A DNA stretch of 45,370 nucleotides from Bacteroidota bacterium (GTDB lineage Bacteria > Bacteroidota > Bacteroidia > NS11-12g > UBA955): assembly GCA_039796915.1 (NCBI GenBank), contig JBDKIU010000009.1, forward strand, positions 1 to 45,370, in the 5' to 3' direction. Shown here in pieces: positions 1 through 8,569 of this stretch. How positions within the stretch are numbered: position 1 is the first letter of the stretch; the number at the start of each line of letters is the position of its first letter. The translations under genes and the position numbers were made by a program. The notes beneath the pieces were generated by a model that saw only the letters and a program-made list of their open reading frames with translations, searched no databases and was not told the DNA's origin.

Positions 1-240
1 ATACTTGGCAATGAAGAGCTCCAGATCTTTCGTGTTAAGGTTTTTTAATTTTCGTTCCAAAATCACCGCTTCTGACCTTGTTGGTTTCTCCAGGCTCAAT
101 ACAAGCTTCCAAGGTGCGTAAGGCGCGGTGGATTTCTCATAACCTGAATTATGTCTTTGCATGCGATTCGCAACGTTCGAAGTCTGACCGATGTAGTAAC
201 GACTTGAAACAGACGAAAAAAGAATATAAACGTAATACAT
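1..240 (-). CDS. GIY-YIG nuclease family protein. The 3' end is cut by the window edge, and the ORF is absent from the ORF track.
   Basis: The reverse complement from ATG at 240 reads MYYVYILFSSVSSRYYIGQTSNVANRMQRHNSGYEKSTAPYAPWKLVLSLEKPTRSEAVILERKLKNLNTKDLELFIAKY with no stop. The YxVYIL..RYYIGQT..R...HN motifs are the GIY-YIG signature of the small stand-alone family. Confidence 0.8.
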   Translation of the reverse strand, partial: MYYVYILFSSVSSRYYIGQTSNVANRMQRHNSGYEKSTAPYAPWKLVLSLEKPTRSEAVILERKLKNLNTKDLELFIAKY

Positions 241-244
241 AAGC

Positions 245-276
245 CCATAAAAAAAGCCCCTGCTTGTGCAGAGGCT
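245..276 (-). terminator. Rho-independent terminator downstream of tRNA-Arg
   Basis: On the minus strand, GCCTCTGC-ACAA-GCAGGGGC forms an 8-bp stem with one U-G pair. It is followed by TTTTTTT. Confidence 0.6.
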
Positions 277-280
277 TTTG

Positions 281-354
281 CGGACCCGTAGGGATTCGAA
301 CCCCAAACCTTCTGATCCGTAGTCAGATGCTCTATCCAATTGAGCTACGGGTCC
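281..354 (-). tRNA. tRNA-Arg (anticodon ACG)
   Basis: The reverse complement GGACCCGTAGCTCAATTGGATAGAGCATCTGACTACGGATCAGAAGGTTTGGGGTTCGAATCCCTACGGGTCCG folds as a cloverleaf. It has a 7-bp acceptor stem (GGACCCG/CGGGTCC), a D arm (GCTC/GAGC), and an anticodon arm (TCTGA-CTACGGA-TCAGA). The variable loop is 5 nt and the T loop is TTCGAAT. CCA is not encoded. Confidence 0.93.
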
Positions 355-582
355 AAAATTCACCGTTCACCTTGGCTTACGGGGCTGCAAATATAGCAGT
401 TTCCCTCAAGTGTGCAAAAGCAAAGATACTTTGTGATTGGCCAGTGCCAGAACTTGATTGAAGCACAGTCATCAGAAGCAGCAAGTGTTCACGTAAACCC
501 AAGCGCTTAAGAGGCCTCCCTGGCATTCACGTTTGCTTATCGGTCATTTCTGGCCGTATTTTGTATCATCATTCAAGCAATT

Positions 583-1080
583 ATGAACATTGAAAAAAAC
601 CGGGTGGTGAGTCTCACGTACACGCTGACCCTCAGCAATGGCGACATCGCAGACGCCACCACGGAACAAGACCCCTTTACCTTTATTCACGGCATCGGTC
701 AGACTCTTGAAGCATTTGACCGCAACCTGGAAGGCTTAAAGGTTGGCGATGCATTCAACTTCACCCTGACCGCTGAAGAAGGTTACGGTGTTTCTGACCC
801 CGGCGCGGTGGTTCAGGTTCCGGCTTCGGTTTTTCAGGGCGCAGATGTACCTGAAGGCATTCTGAAAGTGGGCAATATCATCCCGATGCAGGACCAGATG
901 GGCAATCCGCTGCAAGGCAAAATCGTTGATTTCAACAGTGAATTGGTGACCATGGATTTCAACCATCCATTGGCCGATCAGGTGCTGCAGTTTTCTGGCG
1001 CCATCGTGTCTGTTCGCGACGCATCCGCAGAAGAGCTGGACCACGGCCATGTGCACGGTCCGGGCGGGCATCACCATTAA
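583..1080 (+). CDS. slyD: FKBP-type peptidyl-prolyl cis-trans isomerase, SlyD-like, with a His-rich tail
   Basis: 165 aa. The FKBP core plus insert-in-flap pattern is present (VSLTYTL...FIHG...GLKVGD...VTMDFNHPLAG-like). The C-terminal HGHVHGPGGHHH is a metal-binding tail typical of SlyD. Confidence 0.85.
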   Translation: MNIEKNRVVSLTYTLTLSNGDIADATTEQDPFTFIHGIGQTLEAFDRNLEGLKVGDAFNFTLTAEEGYGVSDPGAVVQVPASVFQGADVPEGILKVGNIIPMQDQMGNPLQGKIVDFNSELVTMDFNHPLADQVLQFSGAIVSVRDASAEELDHGHVHGPGGHHH

Positions 1081-1096
1081 TCCGAATCTATAATTC

Positions 1097-1134
1097 AACA
1101 AAAAACCCCGGCCATTGGTCGGGGTTTTTTGTTG
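1097..1134. terminator. Bidirectional rho-independent terminator between the convergent slyD and tyrS
   Basis: CAACAAAAAACCCCG-gccattggt-CGGGGTTTTTTGTTG is a perfect extended inverted repeat with A/T runs on both sides. Confidence 0.75.
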
Positions 1135-1146
1135 TGTGCTGAAGGA

Positions 1147-2442
1147 TTATTCCGCTACAATCAGATAATAATTCTTCTTTCCGCGCTGGGCCAGCAGGAA
1201 TTTTCCGTGGAGTAAGTAGGAACTGTCTATCACTGCCTGCTCGTCGGCTTGTTTTTCCTTGTTGATGCTGAAGCCTCCGGCCTGTATCATTTTTCGTGCT
1301 TCGCCCTTGCTTGGGAATACCTGCGTCTCCACAGCGGCAAGTTCCATGATGTTGATGCCTGCGTCAAGCTTTGTTTTTGGAACCTGAAACATGGGAACTC
1401 CTTCCATCACCTGAAGCAACAAATCCGGATCGATGGTTGAAAGCGCTTCGCTGCTGCTGTTGCCAAACAGAATCTCCGTGGCTTTCAGCGCCTGTTCCAG
1501 TTCCTGTGCGCCATGCACCATAGTGGTCACCTGCGCAGCAAGTTCCTTCTGCAAGATTCTGAGGTGCGGCGCAGCCTGATGTTCCGCTTCCAAAGCCAGA
1601 ATTGCCGGCTGATCAAGCAAAGTGTAAATCCTGATGTAGCGGGATGCATCTTCATCGCTCTGGTTCAACCAAAATTGATAGAATTTATAGGGTGAAGTGC
1701 GCGCCGGATCGAGCCAGACATTCCCGCCTTCGCTTTTGCCAAACTTAGATCCATCACTTTTGGTAATCAGCGGCGCCGTGATGGCATAGGCTTCTCCACC
1801 GGCCATGCGGCGAATCAGCTCCGTACCCGTGGTGATGTTGCCCCATTGGTCGCTTCCGCCCATTTGCAACTTGCAGTTGTGGTTTTGGTACAAATGATAA
1901 AAATCATAACCCTGCACCAGCTGGTAGCTAAACTCTGTGAATGACATCCCGGTGTTTTCCAGGCGGTTCCGCACGCTGTCCTTGCCCATCATGTAGCTGA
2001 CCGTAATGTGTTTGCCCACTTCCCTGATGAACCCGAGGAAACTGAATTCCTTAAACCAATCGTAATTATTCACCACAGCTGCCGCATTGTCGCCGCTGAA
2101 CTGAAGGAAGCGTTCCAGCTGCCGCCTTTGACAGGTCAGGTTGTGGTTGATGGTTTCTTCCTGCATCAATTTACGTTCTTCACTTTTGCCTGAAGGATCG
2201 CCAACCATTCCGGTAGCTCCGCCTACCAGCGCCACGGGCTTGTGTCCGGCTCTTTGAAGATGCACCAGCAGCATAATGGGCACCAGATTTCCGATGTGCA
2301 GGCTGTCTGCGGTAGGATCAAATCCGATATAGCCGGAAACCTGCTCGCGCATCAGCAATTCTTCCACACCTGGTACGAGGTCATGCAGCAAGCCACGCCA
2401 GCGCAGTTCTTCCACAAGATTAAAGCGAGGTTGAAAACTCAT
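1147..2442 (-). CDS. tyrS: Tyrosine--tRNA ligase
   Basis: Class I motifs are present: HIGN (HIGH-type) and KFGKS (KMSKS-type), plus a C-terminal S4-like domain. I took the start at the internal Met ([13 protein letters not shown]...) at 2442. The 40 upstream codons in the track look non-coding. Confidence 0.93.
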   Translation of the reverse strand: MSFQPRFNLVEELRWRGLLHDLVPGVEELLMREQVSGYIGFDPTADSLHIGNLVPIMLLVHLQRAGHKPVALVGGATGMVGDPSGKSEERKLMQEETINHNLTCQRRQLERFLQFSGDNAAAVVNNYDWFKEFSFLGFIREVGKHITVSYMMGKDSVRNRLENTGMSFTEFSYQLVQGYDFYHLYQNHNCKLQMGGSDQWGNITTGTELIRRMAGGEAYAITAPLITKSDGSKFGKSEGGNVWLDPARTSPYKFYQFWLNQSDEDASRYIRIYTLLDQPAILALEAEHQAAPHLRILQKELAAQVTTMVHGAQELEQALKATEILFGNSSSEALSTIDPDLLLQVMEGVPMFQVPKTKLDAGINIMELAAVETQVFPSKGEARKMIQAGGFSINKEKQADEQAVIDSSYLLHGKFLLAQRGKKNYYLIVAE

Positions 2443-2523
2443 AGAGCGGCAAAAATAACCACGTAAAGGGCGCTTTGCCTTTCCCAATGGTAAATCGGAT
2501 ATTTGCCAGCTCAAATTTTCGTT

Positions 2524-3789
2524 ATGGGTGCAACCATAGAACACAAACACAATCCACTGCATTCAATGATGCAGCGATTCGACGAGGCAGCGCGCCTGAT
2601 GGGTCTGGAAGAATCCATCATGAATGTGCTGAAGGTTCCGGCCAAGGCAGTAGCTGTAAATCTGCCCATCACTATGGATGACGGCAGCATTCGCGTTTTC
2701 GAGGGTTTCAGGGTAGTGCACAGCACCTTGTTGGGTCCCAGCAAAGGCGGAGTGCGCTATTCCATGGATGTAAACGAAGACGAAGTACGCGCCCTGGCTG
2801 CCTGGATGACCTGGAAATGCGCCGTAGTGAACATTCCCTACGGAGGCGCCAAGGGAGGTATTAAGTGCGACCCCCGCAGCATGAGCAAAGGCGAACTGGA
2901 ACGTTTAACGCGCGCCTACACTCTTTCCATGAGCGAAATCTTCGGTCCCGATACCGACATTCCCGCCCCCGATATGGGCACCGGTCAACAGGAAATGGCC
3001 TGGATTGTCGATGAATACAGCAAGATTAAAGACCAAAACTCCTGGGCGGTAGTAACAGGAAAACCATTGATTCTTGGAGGTTCCCTGGGTCGTGTGGAAG
3101 CTACCGGCCGCGGTGTTATGGTTTCCTGCCGCAGCGCCATGGCGAAACTGGGCATGAACCCAACCGAAAGTACCTGCGTGGTTCAGGGCTTCGGTAATGT
3201 GGGAAGCATCAGCGCTAAACTCATCAGCATGCTCGGTGTGAAAATCGTAGGCATCAGCGACGTGAGCGGAGGCTACCATAACCCCAATGGCATCAACGTA
3301 GAAGAAGCCATCGCCTACGTTCAAAACAGTCCCAACCGCAGCCTGGAAGGCTATACCGGTGGAACTAAAATTTCCAATTCCGAATTACTTACACTTCCCT
3401 GCGACATCCTGGTTCCGGCCGCTATGGAAGATCAGATCACGTTGGAGAATGCTGGCCAAATCAAAGCGCGTTTAATTGTGGAAGGCGCCAATGGACCAAC
3501 CACTGCAGAGGCCGACCCAATCCTTCAGGAAAAAGGCATCGTAGTAGTTCCAGACATTCTGGCTAATGCCGGCGGTGTTACCGTTTCTTATTTCGAATGG
3601 GTACAAAACCGTCTTGGCTATTATTGGACCGAAGAACGCGTGAACCGTCGCGCCGATCGCGTGATGAAGCAAGCCTTCGATACCGTTTTCGGAACTTCCC
3701 AGAAATACAATACCACCATGCGTCTGGCCGCCTACATCGTGGCGCTGGATAAAGTAGCAGCTACGTTTAAAATCAGAGGTAAATTCTGA
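2524..3789 (+). CDS. gdhA: Glutamate dehydrogenase (Glu/Leu/Phe/Val dehydrogenase family, RocG/GdhA-like)
   Basis: The translation is near-colinear with bacterial [27 protein letters not shown] Rossmann motif, [13 protein letters not shown]. The track start at 2503 is TTG, and the first ATG is at 2524 (MGATIEH...). The start is uncertain by a few codons. Confidence 0.9.
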   Translation: MGATIEHKHNPLHSMMQRFDEAARLMGLEESIMNVLKVPAKAVAVNLPITMDDGSIRVFEGFRVVHSTLLGPSKGGVRYSMDVNEDEVRALAAWMTWKCAVVNIPYGGAKGGIKCDPRSMSKGELERLTRAYTLSMSEIFGPDTDIPAPDMGTGQQEMAWIVDEYSKIKDQNSWAVVTGKPLILGGSLGRVEATGRGVMVSCRSAMAKLGMNPTESTCVVQGFGNVGSISAKLISMLGVKIVGISDVSGGYHNPNGINVEEAIAYVQNSPNRSLEGYTGGTKISNSELLTLPCDILVPAAMEDQITLENAGQIKARLIVEGANGPTTAEADPILQEKGIVVVPDILANAGGVTVSYFEWVQNRLGYYWTEERVNRRADRVMKQAFDTVFGTSQKYNTTMRLAAYIVALDKVAATFKIRGKF

Positions 3790-4442
3790 TGCGCATCCAT
3801 CGCGAAGGCTACCTGATCATCCTCATCACCACACTGGTGCTGGGTGCTATCAACGTGGGTGTTCACTGGCTGGCAGGCGACGGTTTGCTGTTTCAGCTGT
3901 TGATGCTGCTGTCCATCGTGATGTATATCCTCGTGGTGCAGTTCTTCAGAAATCCCCCGCGTTATACGCCTGTTGACCCCAATACCATCATCGCACCAGC
4001 CGATGGTAAAGTAGTGGTGATTGAAGAAGTGGATGAGCCGGAGTATTTCAAAGACAAACGCCGACAGGTCAGCATTTTCATGTCGCCTTTGAACGTTCAT
4101 GTGAACCGCAACCCCATTGGCGGTCAGGTTGCGTATGTGCGTTATTACCCGGGAAAATACCTGGTAGCCTGGCATCCCAAGAGCAGCACAGAAAATGAGC
4201 GGACAACTGTGGTTATTGACCAGGGCGGTCGAAAAGTGCTGTTCCGTCAGATTGCCGGCGCGTTGGCAAGACGCATCATTTACTACGTGAAAGAAGGTCA
4301 GCAGGTGCAGCAAGGCCGTGAAATGGGCTTCATACGCTTTGGCTCACGCATTGACCTGTTCCTGCCGCTGGACGCGAAGATTTCTGTGAAACTCGGCGAA
4401 AAGACGACCGGTGGCGAAACGGTAATAGCGCGTTTTGACTGA
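3789..4442 (+). CDS. psd: Phosphatidylserine decarboxylase proenzyme (short Bacteroidota/archaeal-type Psd)
   Basis: 217 aa with an N-terminal TM pair. GFIRFGSRIDLF contains the G-S self-cleavage site near the C-terminus. The ATG overlaps the gdh stop codon by 1 nt. Confidence 0.85.
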   Translation: MRIHREGYLIILITTLVLGAINVGVHWLAGDGLLFQLLMLLSIVMYILVVQFFRNPPRYTPVDPNTIIAPADGKVVVIEEVDEPEYFKDKRRQVSIFMSPLNVHVNRNPIGGQVAYVRYYPGKYLVAWHPKSSTENERTTVVIDQGGRKVLFRQIAGALARRIIYYVKEGQQVQQGREMGFIRFGSRIDLFLPLDAKISVKLGEKTTGGETVIARFD

Positions 4443-4491
4443 ATGAAAGAAAAATTTCTAAATTTGTAAAACACCTAACGAACCAAGAACC

Positions 4492-4905
4492 ATGAAGAAA
4501 CTGTTTTTCATAGCCATGATCTTCGGTGCAGTTGCCACCGCTCATGCACAGAACGTAGATGCTGCAGGAAATGAAATCAAACCTGCACAAAGCACCAATC
4601 AGCCAACAGTAGGCCAGGCTCCGGTGAAAACCGCTCCAGTAGCTGTTACCGAAGCTCCTGCAACCACTGCCGCACCTGCGAAGGCTTGCTGCAAGGCAAA
4701 AGCCGGACAAGCTGCCTGCGCAGGTCAAAACAGCGCTGCTGCTCCTAAAGCTTGCTGCAAAAGCAAAGAAGGTCAGGCAGCCGCCTGCACAGGCCACGCA
4801 CACAGCAGCAATGCCACCGAAACCCAAAAGCCGGCTTGCAACAAGCCCTGCCAGGGTCACGGTCAGGCAACTCCAGCTGCTGCACCTTCTGGCACAAACC
4901 AGTAA
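4492..4905 (+). CDS. Secreted Ala/Pro/Cys-rich low-complexity protein of unknown function
   Basis: It has a clear Sec signal peptide (MKKLFFIAMIFGAVATAHA/Q) and sits between an AT-rich start context and a strong terminator. It contains two KACCK.K.GQAA(A)C repeats, a CNKPCQGHG motif and His residues. I recognise no family. Confidence 0.6.
   Translation: MKKLFFIAMIFGAVATAHAQNVDAAGNEIKPAQSTNQPTVGQAPVKTAPVAVTEAPATTAAPAKACCKAKAGQAACAGQNSAAAPKACCKSKEGQAAACTGHAHSSNATETQKPACNKPCQGHGQATPAAAPSGTNQ
4672..4797 (+). repeat. Imperfect tandem duplication inside the Cys-rich ORF. It encodes AP(A)KACCK(A/S)K(A/E)GQAA(A)C(A/T)G.
   Basis: gcacctgcgaaggcttgctgcaaggcaaaagccggacaagctgcctgcgcaggt (4672-4725) recurs, diverged, as gctcctaaagcttgctgcaaaagcaaagaaggtcaggcagccgcctgcacaggc (4741-4794). 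Confidence 0.6.
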
Positions 4906-4923
4906 TTGAAACGCATCTTTATG

Positions 4924-4953
4924 AAAAAACCCTCCACAGGTGGAGGGTTTTTT
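4924..4953 (+). terminator. Rho-independent terminator
   Basis: AAAAAACCCTCCAC-ag-GTGGAGGGTTTTTT lies 19 nt after the stop at 4905. Confidence 0.8.
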
Positions 4954-5073
4954 CGTTTACGGCATCTGCAACAGCCATTGTAGCTCTTCGCCGGCACAGA
5001 CAGCAAAAAAGGATTGGCCCCGGCAGACCTACTTCAAAGCCTTTTCTTTTAATTCCCATACTACCTTTGCGGC

Positions 5074-5964
5074 ATGAGTCCAATTGGACGCATTGCACTT
5101 CGCATCGGAATTCCGGTATTGCTGCTGGCGGTGATAGTAGCCGTTTATCTGCGGTATAACTTCAACAGCAGAAGTAAAATCGTATTGCTGGTTCCTCCAG
5201 ACGCCGAATGGGTATTCCACATCCAAACGCGCACTTTACAAAAAGAAGTTCAACCCGGAAAACTCCCGGCGCTGAGCACTTTTTCCGATAGTCTGAGCAA
5301 GCTTCCCATCTTCAAAAACGTCAAAGATCCCAGAGATTTAGGCATAGACCTGTACAGCGACCTTCTGCTCTTTCGGATACCACAGGGATTGGTGCTTGCA
5401 CTTCAAACCTTTGATGAGGCAAAACTAAGCCGCTTCCTTACGCAGGTCATTCCCGCTGGCTTGGTATCGGGCATCATCGAACGTCCCAATTATCGCTACG
5501 TACATGGCCTCAGAAAACCAATGTTCCTGGCTTTTCGGAATAAGGCCCTGATGGGGTTCCTTCCCTTTCAAACAGACACCGCAAATCCATTGGATTTCAG
5601 AAAAGCAGAACTGGTATTTGATTCATTATTCTCCGGACGCACCTACAATTGGATGCAAAGGGCAGATGTGCAGGAATTGTATGACCCTGAACCTCATCTG
5701 GTGTATTGGAAATCGCCACAATACAAAGGATCAATGCCTTCCATGCAGGTAAGACTTGACGAACCTCTGGCACAGCTTAAACATCCTAAAGTATCCAATA
5801 AGGCCTTGTCTCCACTGTTGCTGTTCCATCATTCCAGTCCATCGTTGTTTGCGCAGAAAGACCCTTTGGCCCTGCTGAATAAAGACAATACCATTTCCAG
5901 CGAAACATACCTGAACCTATTGTTTGAAGTGTTCGGCGAACATTTAAACCTCTTGAAACAATGA
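5074..5964 (+). CDS. Membrane-anchored hypothetical protein
   Basis: 296 aa with a single N-terminal TM helix (IGIPVLLLAVIVAVYL) followed by a soluble domain with no motif I recognise. Its stop overlaps the next ATG (ATGA). Confidence 0.55.
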   Translation: MSPIGRIALRIGIPVLLLAVIVAVYLRYNFNSRSKIVLLVPPDAEWVFHIQTRTLQKEVQPGKLPALSTFSDSLSKLPIFKNVKDPRDLGIDLYSDLLLFRIPQGLVLALQTFDEAKLSRFLTQVIPAGLVSGIIERPNYRYVHGLRKPMFLAFRNKALMGFLPFQTDTANPLDFRKAELVFDSLFSGRTYNWMQRADVQELYDPEPHLVYWKSPQYKGSMPSMQVRLDEPLAQLKHPKVSNKALSPLLLFHHSSPSLFAQKDPLALLNKDNTISSETYLNLLFEVFGEHLNLLKQ

Positions 5965-6971
5965 AACCTAACATAAAACAGATACTGGACCAGCGCATCA
6001 TGGTCATTGACGGCGCCATGGGAACCATGATCCAGAAACATAAACTTGACGAACAGGCATACCGCGGAACTCGCTTTCAGGACTATCCTCATCCCCTGAA
6101 AGGCAACAACGACCTGTTGGTGCTTACACAACCGGAAATCATCTCTTCCATCCACCGCGCTTTTCTGGATGCCGGAGCAGATATTCTGGAAACGAATACC
6201 TTCAACGCCAACCGTATTTCCATGGCTGATTACCACATGGAAACCCTGGTGCGCGAACTCAATCTGGAGGCCGTAAAACTGGCTAAAGAAGCGGCCGACC
6301 TTTATACCGCCCAAAATCCAGACAAGCCACGGTATGTTGCCGGAGCCATCGGACCAACCAACCGCACAGCGAGCCTGAGTCCCGATGTAAACAATCCCGG
6401 CTATCGCGCGGTAAATTTCGACGATCTTGCGGCTGCGTATAGAGAACAGGCTGAAGCACTGGCCGATGCGGGCGTTGATCTTTTCCTGGTTGAAACGGTT
6501 TTTGATACCCTCAACTGCAAAGCCGCTTTGTTTGCCATCAACAGCCTCAAGGAAGAACGTGGCCTGGACATCCCCGTGATGGTTTCCGGAACCATTACCG
6601 ATGCCAGCGGGCGCACGCTGAGCGGACAAACGGCAGAGGCATTCTGGATCAGCGTGAGCCACGCGAAGCTGTTGAGTATCGGTTTGAACTGTGCCCTGGG
6701 CGCTGACCAGATGCGTCCCTACATTGAAACTTTGAGTAAACATGCCTGGGTTTACACTACACTTTATCCCAATGCAGGCCTTCCCAACGAGTTTGGCGAA
6801 TACGATGACACACCGGAAGGTATGGCTGCTGTGATGGCGTCATACTGTAAAGACGGTTTCGTGAATGTGGTTGGCGGTTGCTGCGGAACAACGCCTGAAC
6901 ATATTGCCGTGATTGCGAGGGAAGCAGCGAAATACGCGCCCCGAAAATTGCCGCTTATGGCTGAGGCTTGA
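5961..6971 (+). CDS. Homocysteine S-methyltransferase domain protein (stand-alone N-terminal module of cobalamin-dependent methionine synthase MetH)
   Basis: It is colinear with E. coli MetH residues about 1-350: DGAMGTMIQ, KGNNDLLVLTQPE, ETNTFNAN, NAGLPNEFGEYD, GGCCGTTPEHI. It ends right after the APRKLP linker, where the pterin-binding domain would normally begin. Confidence 0.9.
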   Translation: MKPNIKQILDQRIMVIDGAMGTMIQKHKLDEQAYRGTRFQDYPHPLKGNNDLLVLTQPEIISSIHRAFLDAGADILETNTFNANRISMADYHMETLVRELNLEAVKLAKEAADLYTAQNPDKPRYVAGAIGPTNRTASLSPDVNNPGYRAVNFDDLAAAYREQAEALADAGVDLFLVETVFDTLNCKAALFAINSLKEERGLDIPVMVSGTITDASGRTLSGQTAEAFWISVSHAKLLSIGLNCALGADQMRPYIETLSKHAWVYTTLYPNAGLPNEFGEYDDTPEGMAAVMASYCKDGFVNVVGGCCGTTPEHIAVIAREAAKYAPRKLPLMAEA

Positions 6972-8490
6972 TGCTGACCTTCCTCAGCTCCAGATAATTT
7001 CTTACACCCACGCGTTCCGTGGTGAATAACGAGTCATTGCGGTAATTCTGATCCCATGCCTGCGCATCGGTGAGTACCAGCCATCGAATACCGTGTTCCC
7101 TGATGATTCCATGAACGGTTTCCGCCGAATAATCACTGTGGAAGCGCTTCCCTCTGCGCTGAAGAAAATATAACTGGTTGTTGGGGGAAGGATCAAAACC
7201 GGTGAGCAGCGCTTGTTCATTCCGGGAAACACCAAGGCTGTCCAGCCAGCGATCAGCACCTTCCCAGGTGCTTAACTGTGTGATGGTTTGCTCCCAATAG
7301 CTGCCCGGGCGATAACGTGCAGCAAGCAAATCGCTCGTGTGACTGTAATGCACAATAGGCAGGAAATAAAGCAGAAAAGTGGCACAGCCCAAGGCGCCTG
7401 AAAAGCGAATGCTCCTCAGGTAGAACTGAATCATGATAAAGAAAACCGGCAGGTAAAAGAAAATGAAATAATAATCGTGGTACAGAAACTGCGACTGCAT
7501 TAAAATGAAGAAACCTCCTGCGGCCAACAGATACCAAAGACTCAAATGATAAATCCAGGGATCTTGCTTTTTCGGGAAGAAAGCAGCAAGAAAGCCAAGC
7601 ATGAGTAAGGCAAACACATAAGGTCCGGGATAAAACTGTTCAAGCCAGTTGCGGATGATGTCCACGGCGAGCGTTCGCGCTTCCTGCGCGTTTGCTGCAG
7701 GCTTGGCCTGTAACAGAAAGTGCACATTCCCCGATGCGGTATTTAACGCGGCTGCGTAACGGTACCAGCTCATAATAGCAAGTGTTACGAGCAGAAAAAC
7801 CGAAGCCGGCAATATCCACTTTCTCCAACCCCTGGGCGACTCTTTCAATGAGCCGCCAATCAGCAATACAGCGGGAAACAAACCTGCGCTGAAGGTTACC
7901 TTCACCAAACCGGCCAGGCCAAGTAAAAGTAAACCTGCCACCAGGTCAGCGCTGCGCATCTGAAAGCGCCATCGGAGCAGAAAAAACCAGGCCATCAGGG
8001 AACAGGCAAGGGCGGTTGTATCCGGCAAAAAGGCAGGACCGTAGAACAACAAAATGGGGGAAAAAGCCCAAATAGCTATCAGCAACAGCCGGTGAAATAA
8101 ATGATTGATGAAGAAACCGCTGATCAGAAACGCGCACCAGGCTCCAAGGGAAAGTAATAGCCAATTGATGCCGCGAAACCAGAAGTGATGGAAGCCAAAA
8201 ACCTGATAAAACTTCGAAGCAATCCAGGGAACCAATGGAAACTCGCCTGCCACCAGCCCATTGCCAAAACGGGTTTCATGCACATGTGGCTTCAGGATGT
8301 TTCCATCCGTATATGCAAAATTCCATGCCAGCGAAGCACGATCACATTGCGCTCCCTGATGAATACCCTGTGGCGCTAAATCCAATCGGCTAAAAATCCC
8401 CAATGAACCACTGGCAACAATCCAGAATAACCAGAACCATAGGGATTGTCGTGTGCGTTCATTTAAATGCTTAAACAGGGTAATTTCCAT
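6955..8490 (-). CDS. Polytopic membrane protein, putative GT-C fold glycosyltransferase (ArnT/PMT-like), with a C-terminal soluble domain
   Basis: 511 aa with about 11-13 predicted TM helices and then a hydrophilic tail of about 110 aa. The assignment rests on architecture only, with no diagnostic motif confirmed. Confidence 0.45.
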   Translation of the reverse strand: MEITLFKHLNERTRQSLWFWLFWIVASGSLGIFSRLDLAPQGIHQGAQCDRASLAWNFAYTDGNILKPHVHETRFGNGLVAGEFPLVPWIASKFYQVFGFHHFWFRGINWLLLSLGAWCAFLISGFFINHLFHRLLLIAIWAFSPILLFYGPAFLPDTTALACSLMAWFFLLRWRFQMRSADLVAGLLLLGLAGLVKVTFSAGLFPAVLLIGGSLKESPRGWRKWILPASVFLLVTLAIMSWYRYAAALNTASGNVHFLLQAKPAANAQEARTLAVDIIRNWLEQFYPGPYVFALLMLGFLAAFFPKKQDPWIYHLSLWYLLAAGGFFILMQSQFLYHDYYFIFFYLPVFFIMIQFYLRSIRFSGALGCATFLLYFLPIVHYSHTSDLLAARYRPGSYWEQTITQLSTWEGADRWLDSLGVSRNEQALLTGFDPSPNNQLYFLQRRGKRFHSDYSAETVHGIIREHGIRWLVLTDAQAWDQNYRNDSLFTTERVGVRNYLELRKVSIKPQP

Positions 8491-8569
8491 GATTAAAATT
8501 CCATCAACGTTGGCTTTCGTGTGACTGAGGTATGTTTCTTACTGCGAAAGTGCGTTTAAATTTGCAATA

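Noticed and set aside
264-461. 65-aa ORF on the + strand (MCRGFCGPVGIRTPNL…)
   Set aside because: It reads straight through the antisense of tRNA-Arg (281..354) and starts with TTG inside a terminator hairpin. It is an artefact of the tRNA sequence.
2443-2562. N-terminal extensions offered by the ORF track. Examples: tyrS to 2562, GH13 to 23048, CBM protein to 24543, selD to 36570, ssb from 39445, accA to 19686, xseA from 14692, wbqC from 18048.
   Set aside because: The track opens each ORF at the first ATG/GTG/TTG after a stop. In each case an internal Met restores the conserved family N-terminus or a proper signal peptide and removes implausible overlaps.
4330-4860. 176-aa ORF antisense to the Cys-rich secreted protein gene
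   Set aside because: GCN-rich low-complexity DNA is open on both strands. Only the + strand has a signal peptide, an AT-rich start context and a downstream terminator.
5829-6743. 304-aa ORF antisense to the MetH Hcy-domain gene
   Set aside because: The sense strand carries unmistakable MetH motifs. The antisense product has no signal, motif or sensible start context. Long shadow ORFs are expected at this GC content.
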